NCBI GenBank assembly: GCA_045656545.1
Contig: JAZORF010000002.1
Coordinates: forward strand, 11,072 to 75,071
Source of the DNA: Acutalibacteraceae bacterium
Lineage (GTDB): Bacteria > Bacillota > Clostridia > Oscillospirales > Acutalibacteraceae
DNA length: 64,000 nt
Direction of reading: 5' to 3'
Shown here: positions 57,374 to 64,000 of the stretch, one piece after another
Position numbering within the stretch: the stretch's first letter is position 1
Layout: every line of letters starts with the position of its first letter
Made by a program: the position numbers and the translations under genes
Notes under the pieces: model-generated
What the model saw: only the letters and a program-made list of their open reading frames with translations
Databases searched by the model: none
What the model was told of the DNA's origin: nothing

Positions 57374-58005
57374 TTTGATACCTCTGTCTGTGCGGCCATA
57401 GAGCCCACGATTTTTTCAATAATATCACCCTTAAACTTAAATGCCGATTTGTTGGCAATCAGTCGGGCACTGATAGGAACAATAGTCTCAAACACCTCAA
57501 GATCGTTTTCCTTAAGGGTTGTGCCTGTTTCTACAATATCAACAATAACGTCTGACAAATCCAGAATAGGTGCAATCTCAATTGAGCCGTTAAGGTGGAT
57601 TATATCAATATCTCTGCCTTTTGAAGCGTAGTAACTGCGGGCAATGTTTGAAAACTTAGTGGCAACTCTGAGGGTGTGGTTGGGATTGTCACGAAAATCT
57701 TTTTTAGCGGCAACAGCCATACGGCACTTGCCAATGTCAAGGTCAAAAAGCTCGTAGACGTCAGGCTCATACTCAAGCAAAATATCCTTGCCTGCTACAC
57801 CGATGTCTGCGGCACCGCGCTCAACATAAATTGCAACGTCAGAGGGCTTTACCCAAAAGTAGCGAACCCCCACCGTCTCGTTTTCAAAAATAAGTTTGCG
57901 GTTATTCTCTTTTATAGAAGGGCACTCAAAGCCTGCCTTTTCAAACATGGCATAGACCTTTTCACCCAATCTGCCTTTCGGCAGAGCAACATTAAGCATT
58001 TTCAA
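57370..58005 (-). CDS. hisG: ATP phosphoribosyltransferase, short form
   Basis: 211 aa. Short HisG, requires HisZ. Confidence 0.94.
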   Translation of the reverse strand: MKMLNVALPKGRLGEKVYAMFEKAGFECPSIKENNRKLIFENETVGVRYFWVKPSDVAIYVERGAADIGVAGKDILLEYEPDVYELFDLDIGKCRMAVAAKKDFRDNPNHTLRVATKFSNIARSYYASKGRDIDIIHLNGSIEIAPILDLSDVIVDIVETGTTLKENDLEVFETIVPISARLIANKSAFKFKGDIIEKIVGSMAAQTEVSK

Positions 58006-59098
58006 TTTCAGTCACCTCGTTGCCGTCAAACTTCATTAAACGGCGGTATGTAAACTTATCGGGAATCTGCTTTTGAGCCGATACAGACCCATCTTTGCCA
58101 AGGGTAGCAACTGCCTCAAGGAGTTTTGCAATATCGCAACCCTCGTTGTAAATAAGCAGGGTGTCAACATCATATTTTTTGTCGGCGGAGTTAAGTCTCT
58201 GCAACAAATCAATGTAAACGGCAAAGCCAATAGCACCTGATTTTCTTCCCATCTTTTGCATCAGTCGGTCATACTGACCACCGGAAAGGACTGCATCGGG
58301 CACCGACTCAACAAATCCCTTAAATGCAATTCCGTTGTAATAGTTTATATCACTTACAACCGAAAAGTCGATATGGAGCATATCACCAAGCCCCTCGTTT
58401 TCAAGGGCAAGGCAAACTGCCTCTAACTCACTAAGCATAAAGGGATTTATAACTGCCGACATTGATTTAAGTTTTGCAAGCACCGACTTGGGTGTGCCGT
58501 AGGTGTTGCACAAGGTGCATAGAGCGGCAGAGCAGTCGTCGCCAATACCTGCTTCCTCACAAATCTTAACAATATCGTGCTCGTTTTTCTCGCCGATACA
58601 CTTAACAAGTTTGCTTTTTACATCGGCAGAAATAGCCTCGCGGTCAATAATATCGGCAACAATGCCAAGATGAGATATGTCAAGCACGGAAGTTTCGGAT
58701 ATGCTTTTCAGACTCTTTGCGGCAAGGAGTAGCACTTCTGAAATGCAGTAGCCGTCAATATCACCAATGCATTCAAGCCCCACTTGCATAATCTCTTTAA
58801 AGGAATGGGTGCCTTTGGCGACGCGGTAAACGTTTTCATTGTAATATACTTTTTTAATACCATTTGCATCGTCACTGTTTTTGATGATTGACAGAGTAAC
58901 GTCGGGCTTAAGCGCCAGCAATTTGCCATTTGCATCGTTAAAGGTGATAACACTGTCAGATATTAAAAAGTCTTTGTTACGGGCGTAAAGGTCATATTCC
59001 TCAAACTTGCTCATTTTAAAACGGTTATATCCGTAACTTTCATAAACAGAGCGCAGATTAAATATAACCCGCTCTTCGTTGGTAAGTACAGTGTTCAT
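57992..59098 (-). CDS. hisZ: ATP phosphoribosyltransferase regulatory subunit
   Basis: ORF trimmed to ATG 59098. HisRS-like fold without an anticodon domain. Overlaps hisG. Confidence 0.88.
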   Translation of the reverse strand: MNTVLTNEERVIFNLRSVYESYGYNRFKMSKFEEYDLYARNKDFLISDSVITFNDANGKLLALKPDVTLSIIKNSDDANGIKKVYYNENVYRVAKGTHSFKEIMQVGLECIGDIDGYCISEVLLLAAKSLKSISETSVLDISHLGIVADIIDREAISADVKSKLVKCIGEKNEHDIVKICEEAGIGDDCSAALCTLCNTYGTPKSVLAKLKSMSAVINPFMLSELEAVCLALENEGLGDMLHIDFSVVSDINYYNGIAFKGFVESVPDAVLSGGQYDRLMQKMGRKSGAIGFAVYIDLLQRLNSADKKYDVDTLLIYNEGCDIAKLLEAVATLGKDGSVSAQKQIPDKFTYRRLMKFDGNEVTEIENA

Positions 59099-59099
59099 A

Positions 59100-59399
59100 T
59101 TATTTGCCTGCCTTTTCAAGTTTGTCAATGGCGGCGTTATATCCACCGCTACCGTAATTCAAGCATTTGCTTACACGGCTGATTGTGGCGGTGCTGACAC
59201 CTGTCTGCGCCGAAATATCCTGATAATTAAGCCCCTTGCGAAGCATAATAGCAACTTCTAAACGCTGAGACATATCCTGAATTTCTTTGATAGTGCAAAT
59301 GTCCTCAAAAAATGCATAGCACTCATCAACCGATTCAAGATTCAAAAAGACCTCAAACAACTTATCAACTGCTTGTGAATGTATATTAGCCATAGCCAA
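59100..59399 (-). CDS. YerC/YecD-family TrpR-like DNA-binding protein (putative HisR)
   Basis: 99 aa. 'EIQDMSQRLEVAIMLRKGLNYQDISAQTGVSTATISRVSKCL' HTH. Its stop lies 1 nt before the hisZ ATG. Confidence 0.85.
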   Translation of the reverse strand: MAMANIHSQAVDKLFEVFLNLESVDECYAFFEDICTIKEIQDMSQRLEVAIMLRKGLNYQDISAQTGVSTATISRVSKCLNYGSGGYNAAIDKLEKAGK

Positions 59400-59426
59400 T
59401 CCTCACTTTAATTAAAATACTTTCAT

Positions 59427-59455
59427 ATATTAGCACTTTATCACGTCAAAGTCAA
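59427..59455 (-). promoter_or_regulatory. Sigma-A-type promoter of the hisR-his operon
   Basis: Minus strand reads TTGACT, 17-nt spacer, TAATAT. Confidence 0.55.
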
Positions 59456-59537
59456 TAGTGAAATCAACATTTGTACATATTTATTATAAATAATGGCTAT
59501 ATGAACAAAAACCCGCCTAAAATACACAAAAACTGAC

Positions 59538-59566
59538 TTGTGGAAAGGCAGAGAATGGTATATAAT
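59538..59566 (+). promoter_or_regulatory. Sigma-A-type promoter for the PAP2 gene
   Basis: TTGTGG, 17-nt spacer, TATAAT. Confidence 0.45.
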
Positions 59567-59585
59567 GTAGGCTGAGGTGATTATT

Positions 59586-60506
59586 ATGGCGTTTTTACAT
59601 TTTCTTGAAGATTTACGAACACCCTTTTTTGATGCCTTTTTCAGTCTTGTAACCCGTTTGGGTGAAGAAACCTTTTTTATTGTAATGGGTATGATTTTGT
59701 TTTGGTGCGTCAATAAAAGACTTGGTTATTATCTGTTGTCTGTCGGTCTTACAGGCACAGTGTTAAATCAGTTTTTAAAACTTCTTTTCCGCATTCCACG
59801 TCCTTGGGTGAGGGATAACAGTCTCACCGTTGTTGGCGACGCTACCGAGGCGGCGACGGGCTATTCGTTCCCAAGTGGCCACACTCAGACCGCGGTGGGA
59901 ATTTACGGCGGTATTGCCCGTTGGTACAATAATATTTGGGTGCGCGTGGTATGTATTGCCCTATGTGTGCTTGTGGGCCTTTCAAGAATGTATCTTGGTG
60001 TCCATACACCTGCCGATGTTGGCATCTCTACGCTGTTAGCAGTAGCCATTGTGTTTGGATTTTACCCCATCGTTGCCAAGGCAACCGCAACCGACAAAGG
60101 ACTGCGCATACTTTTCGCATCAATGACTGTATTTTCAGTTGCATACCTTGTGTTTGTCCATACCTTTAGTTTCCCTGCTGATACTGATGCCGAAAATCTT
60201 TCTCACGGCATAAAAACCGCCTACACAATGGTTGGTTGTGTATCGGCACTGTGGCTTTCTTTTGAGGTTGATCATCGCTTTACCCACTTTGAAACCAAGG
60301 CAGTGTGGTGGGTGCAGATTATCAAACTTGCCATCGGTTTCGGTCTTGTAATGGCAATCAAAGCGGGACTTAAGCAACCCCTTTACGCCATTTTTGGTGA
60401 GGGCTATTTTGCCGACGGTGTGCGCTATTTTCTTATGACCGCCTTTGCAGGATGTGTTTGGCCTATAACCTTTAAATATTTAAACAAACTGTCAAATAAG
60501 AATTAA
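59586..60506 (+). CDS. PAP2-family membrane phosphatase
   Basis: ORF trimmed to ATG 59586. Motifs 'RIPRP', 'SFPSGHT' and 'SRMYLGVHTPADV'. Confidence 0.88.
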   Translation: MAFLHFLEDLRTPFFDAFFSLVTRLGEETFFIVMGMILFWCVNKRLGYYLLSVGLTGTVLNQFLKLLFRIPRPWVRDNSLTVVGDATEAATGYSFPSGHTQTAVGIYGGIARWYNNIWVRVVCIALCVLVGLSRMYLGVHTPADVGISTLLAVAIVFGFYPIVAKATATDKGLRILFASMTVFSVAYLVFVHTFSFPADTDAENLSHGIKTAYTMVGCVSALWLSFEVDHRFTHFETKAVWWVQIIKLAIGFGLVMAIKAGLKQPLYAIFGEGYFADGVRYFLMTAFAGCVWPITFKYLNKLSNKN

Positions 60507-60535
60507 AATGTAGTCATACAGATAACTTTAGATGA

Positions 60536-60572
60536 AAAAGGACCCGTAACAAAGCGTTACGGGTCATCTTTT
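60536..60572. terminator. Bidirectional terminator between the PAP2 and thioesterase genes
   Basis: 10-bp stem GACCCGTAAC/GTTACGGGTC flanked by A- and T-runs. Confidence 0.8.
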
Positions 60573-61284
60573 ATAATTCTATTTTACACAAAAACATTGT
60601 GTCCTTTTCTCTTAAACCTTTGGCAAAGATTGTGTTGCCCTCTCGCTTGCAGTAAAGGTCAATCTTATCGCCTTGCTGAATTTCCTTGTGATAGTCAATC
60701 TGAAAATCGGCAATTTCCTCATCATTGCCAAGATTAACACAGTTCATAACGTAAATGGCATACTTTGTGTTGTTAACGTGACCGTTGCAGTCAATGTCAC
60801 TGAAGGTGGGAGTAATGGTGCAAATTTTATCCTGGCAATCAAAGTCGTGCAAACGGGGCAGTCTGCCCTCATACATTTTGTCGGTCAGGTATTCAACCTT
60901 TTCGGGATAGACACCCTTTGCCGCTACCAACTTGCGCTGGTTACAGTCAACTGCTGCCCACTCTGATGAACCTCTTATAAGCAAAGCGCCTTGTTCATCG
61001 GTAACGGAATACTCACGCTGAAATATAACTCGGTTTGGTTCAAGAGGCCAAGTGTAAACCTTGGCATACGAGTTTTTTAAGGGCGATTTTATCACTGAAA
61101 AGCGCACTCTTGTAACCATCCATAGCAGATTTTTCTCAAGCATATCGGCAAAACTGCATCCGAGCATGGCGGCGTGTCCCCCTGCAACCTCTTGAAACAG
61201 GTCAAGCACTGCGGCAGGATGAATACGGCTGTTCATATCAAAATCAGAAGTGCGCAGGTAATAATCAACATCAAATCTGTTCAT
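60571..61284 (-). CDS. Acyl-ACP thioesterase
   Basis: 237 aa. Double hot-dog pattern: 'YYLRTSDFDMNSRIHPAAVLDLFQEVAG' and a second half 'DIDCNGHVNNTKY'. Confidence 0.82.
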   Translation of the reverse strand: MNRFDVDYYLRTSDFDMNSRIHPAAVLDLFQEVAGGHAAMLGCSFADMLEKNLLWMVTRVRFSVIKSPLKNSYAKVYTWPLEPNRVIFQREYSVTDEQGALLIRGSSEWAAVDCNQRKLVAAKGVYPEKVEYLTDKMYEGRLPRLHDFDCQDKICTITPTFSDIDCNGHVNNTKYAIYVMNCVNLGNDEEIADFQIDYHKEIQQGDKIDLYCKREGNTIFAKGLREKDTMFLCKIEL

Positions 61285-61371
61285 AATTTACTCCTTTGTT
61301 TGCAAGGAATTTATATCTTTAACCATTATATCACAAAAGACAAAAAACACAATAAAAATTACACCAACAAC

Positions 61372-61406
61372 AAAAACCGCTCAAGAGTGTGACTCCTGAG
61401 CGGTTT
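61372..61406 (-). terminator. Intrinsic terminator after uxuB
   Basis: Stem AACCGCTCAAGAG/CTCCTGAGCGGTT (imperfect) followed by a U-run on the minus strand. Confidence 0.75.
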
Positions 61407-61416
61407 GAATATTTAA

Positions 61417-62268
61417 TTAAACACCTGAATAGGCAGAGAAACCGCCGTCAACGGGAAGCACAACGCCTGTAATAAATCCTGCAGCCTCCTCATTAGCCAA
61501 GAAGAGCAAGCCGCCCTCCAACTCCTCGGTTTTACCGAAACGGCCCATAGGAGTTGCGGCAAGAATTTTGCCTGTACGAGCGGTGGGGGTGCCATCCTCA
61601 TTCCAAAGCAATTTTGCATTTTGCTGGGTAGAGAAGAAGCCGGGAGCAATGGCATTTACTCTGATACCAACCTTTGAAAAGTGAACGGCAAGCCACTGAG
61701 TAAAGTTAGAAATAGCAGCCTTTGCACCTGAATAAGCAGGAATTTTGGTAAGGGGAGTGAATGCGTTCATAGAAGATATGTTGATAATGCTGCAACCCTC
61801 TCTGCCAACCATCTGGCAGGCAAAAGCCTGAGTGGGAATAAGGGTGCCAAGGAAGTTAAGGTTAAACACAAAACCTACACCGTCGGCATCCAAATCAAAG
61901 AAACTTTTGGTATCGGCATCAATATCACCAAGTTCAAAATATTCCTTGTCGGTGGTAGCACGGGGATTGTTACCGCCTGCGCCGTTTACAAGCAAATCGC
62001 AAGGGCCAAAGTCGGCCTCAACTTGCTTTGCAACTTCGGTGCAAATGCTCTTGTCAAGAACGTTGCAAGCATAAGCCTTTGCAATTCCGCCCTCTGCCAC
62101 GATTTCGTCGGCATAGGTTTTTGCGGCGGCTTCATTAAGGTCAATCAGAGCAACCTTTGCGCCGGCACGGGCAAGCACCTTTGCAAAGTATGAGCAAAGC
62201 ACGCCGCCTGCACCTGTAACAACGGCAACCTTGCCTGTAAGATTGGTGTTTAAACAGTTGGTGTTCAT
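61417..62268 (-). CDS. uxuB: SDR-family oxidoreductase, D-mannonate oxidoreductase type
   Basis: 283 aa. 'VAVVTGAGGVLC' and 'YSGAKAA' SDR motifs. Directly downstream of uxuA, as in Bacillus yjmF. Confidence 0.75.
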   Translation of the reverse strand: MNTNCLNTNLTGKVAVVTGAGGVLCSYFAKVLARAGAKVALIDLNEAAAKTYADEIVAEGGIAKAYACNVLDKSICTEVAKQVEADFGPCDLLVNGAGGNNPRATTDKEYFELGDIDADTKSFFDLDADGVGFVFNLNFLGTLIPTQAFACQMVGREGCSIINISSMNAFTPLTKIPAYSGAKAAISNFTQWLAVHFSKVGIRVNAIAPGFFSTQQNAKLLWNEDGTPTARTGKILAATPMGRFGKTEELEGGLLFLANEEAAGFITGVVLPVDGGFSAYSGV

Positions 62269-62280
62269 ATTAAATCTCCT

Positions 62281-63333
62281 TTAATTCTTTGCTTTTTCAC
62301 AGGCTTCAAACAAGCCGTTAATGTAGGTAGCACCAAGGGCGCGGTCAAAGAGTCCGTAGCCAGGTTTACCTGTTTCGCCCCAAATCATTCTGCCGTGGTC
62401 GGGACGAACATATCCGTCATAGTTTTCGTCAACCAAAGCCTTAACGATTTCGTAAATGTCAAGTGAACCGCAGTCAGAAAGGTGAGCACGTTCTTCAAAA
62501 GAACCGTCCTCCATAATCTTAACGTTGCGAATGTGCATAAATGCAATTCTATCCATAGCGGCATACTTTTTAACCATAGCCACAACGTCGTTGCTTGCGG
62601 CACATCCAAGACTGCCTGTGCAAAGGCAAAGGCTGTTTGCAGGGCTATCATAAAGTTTCAAGAAACGGTCAAGATTAGCCTCGCAAGTGATGATTCTGGG
62701 CAGGTTGAAAATGGGGTATGGCGGGTCATCAGGATGAATGCCCATTCTCACGCCACATTCCTCTGCAACGGGAATAACCTTTTTGAGAAAACGCTCAAGG
62801 TTAGCCCAAAGACCTTCTTCACCTAATTCGCCGTAAGCGGTGATGAGTTCACGAACTTCGTCTTGAGTATAACTTGAATCCCAACCGGGCAGGTGAATAT
62901 CATCTTTAAGTGGGTCAAGACCTCTCATCTGGTCCCAATACATAACCAGACTTGTAGAGCCGTCAGCCGCCTTTTTATCAAGTTGAGTACGGGTCCAGTC
63001 GAATACAGGCATAAAGTTATAGGTTACACACTTAACACCGTATTCGGCGCAGCGGCGAATGTTTTCGCAATAGGTTTCAAGCAAATCCTCAACGTTGCCT
63101 CTGCCAAGTTTGATGTTTTCGTGAACTGGGATAGACTCAACCACGTCAAACACAAGATTGTGACTGTCGCACTGTTCCTTCATTTTTGCAAGGCTTTCAC
63201 GGGGCCAAACCTCACCGGGCTTTACGTCGTAAACGGCAGATACGATAGAGCGCATATTAGGAATCTGCGAAATATACTCCAAAGAAATTGGGTCGTCCTC
63301 ACCGTACCAACGGAATGACATTTTCATACTCAT
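62281..63333 (-). CDS. uxuA: Mannonate dehydratase
   Basis: 350 aa. 'MKMSFRWYGEDDP' start typical of UxuA. Confidence 0.92.
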   Translation of the reverse strand: MSMKMSFRWYGEDDPISLEYISQIPNMRSIVSAVYDVKPGEVWPRESLAKMKEQCDSHNLVFDVVESIPVHENIKLGRGNVEDLLETYCENIRRCAEYGVKCVTYNFMPVFDWTRTQLDKKAADGSTSLVMYWDQMRGLDPLKDDIHLPGWDSSYTQDEVRELITAYGELGEEGLWANLERFLKKVIPVAEECGVRMGIHPDDPPYPIFNLPRIITCEANLDRFLKLYDSPANSLCLCTGSLGCAASNDVVAMVKKYAAMDRIAFMHIRNVKIMEDGSFEERAHLSDCGSLDIYEIVKALVDENYDGYVRPDHGRMIWGETGKPGYGLFDRALGATYINGLFEACEKAKN

Positions 63334-64000
63334 TTGTTTTCCTCCAAACCGAAATATTTAAGTGCATTTTTGCAACAGATACCCTCAACGATTTCTTTAA
63401 GTTGAGCCTCGTCGCAAGGATATTCTCCACCCTCAACCCATTCACCGATTAGCTGACAGAGAATGCGGCGGAAATATTCGTGACGGGTGTAACTTAAGAA
63501 ACTGCGAGAGTCGGTAAGCATACCAACAAAGTTGCCAAGAATACTGAGGCTTGAAAGGCTCTTTAACTGGTCACGCATGCCTTGCAGTGTGTCATAGAAC
63601 CACCAAGCACTGCCGTGCTGAATTTTGCCGTTAATATCGTCACCCTGGAAAGAACCAATAAGGGTGTCGATAAAAGCGTTGTCACTGCCGTCAAGGCTGT
63701 AAATGATAGTGCGGGGCAGTGCATTGTCGGCATAAAGTGTATCCATAACCTTGGCAAGTTTGATTGAATCGTTGTTAGGACCGATGCAGTCAAAACCGCT
63801 GTCGGGTCCAAGTTTGTTAAACATGGCAGAGTTGGGATTGCGCATACAGTTATAATGAAGCTGCATAACCCAACCCAAACGGTTGTACTCTTTAGCACAG
63901 AAAAGAAGTAAGCAAGTCTTTAACTTTTCGGCATCTTGGGCAGAGACAGACTTGCTGTTTAATCCTGCCTTGATGATTTTGTCAACTTCCTTGTCACTTG
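63330..64000 (-). CDS. uxaC: Glucuronate isomerase (N-terminus beyond window end)
   Basis: The frame stays open from 63330 to the window edge (I read through 63879-64000 without a stop). C-terminal 'HGSAWWFYDTLQGM' motif. Confidence 0.9.
   Translation of the reverse strand, partial: SDKEVDKIIKAGLNSKSVSAQDAEKLKTCLLLFCAKEYNRLGWVMQLHYNCMRNPNSAMFNKLGPDSGFDCIGPNNDSIKLAKVMDTLYADNALPRTIIYSLDGSDNAFIDTLIGSFQGDDINGKIQHGSAWWFYDTLQGMRDQLKSLSSLSILGNFVGMLTDSRSFLSYTRHEYFRRILCQLIGEWVEGGEYPCDEAQLKEIVEGICCKNALKYFGLEENK

Overview
This is a 64-kb chromosomal segment from a spore-forming Clostridia-type Firmicute. A dockerin-bearing secreted enzyme and Bacillus/Clostridium-like gene order suggest a Ruminococcus/Oscillospiraceae-like organism, but that is inference only. 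Most of the window is tightly packed housekeeping DNA. It holds the yggS-sepF-ylmH-divIVA-ileS-lspA-rluD block, split transketolase, spoIIR, ispE, an alaR/alaT-like pair, and an ACT/UPF0210 pair. It also holds aroQ-pepP-efp, putP, a SCIFF peptide with its radical-SAM maturase, valS-folC, and spoIIAA-spoIIAB-sigF. Further on come a five-gene tRNA cluster plus a separate initiator tRNA, nfnAB-like genes, fucO, glnA and rubrerythrin. The right-hand part carries argCJBD, a complete hisZGDCBHAF(IE)J operon led by a YerC/HisR-like gene, and uxaC-uxuA-uxuB. I saw no CRISPR array, integrase, transposase or recognisable defence system. The most unusual signals are non-coding and cluster at the tRNA loci. 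(1) Two homologous ~150-170-nt elements each lie just downstream of a tRNA terminator. They are built from periodic hexamers and mini-hairpins whose arms and stems change in a compensatory way between the two copies, which fits a candidate structured ncRNA family. (2) In a tandem tRNA-Gln pair, the first copy carries a 104-nt highly structured insert in the T-loop. Secondary observations: the SCIFF precursor ORF is missing from the ORF track and has a hairpin between it and the maturase gene; a small membrane ORF is split by an in-frame TAA; a GtrA gene remnant follows a putative glycan operon; and ileS and valS lack room for T-box leaders. All family assignments come from motif recognition by eye; no searches or folding programs were run.
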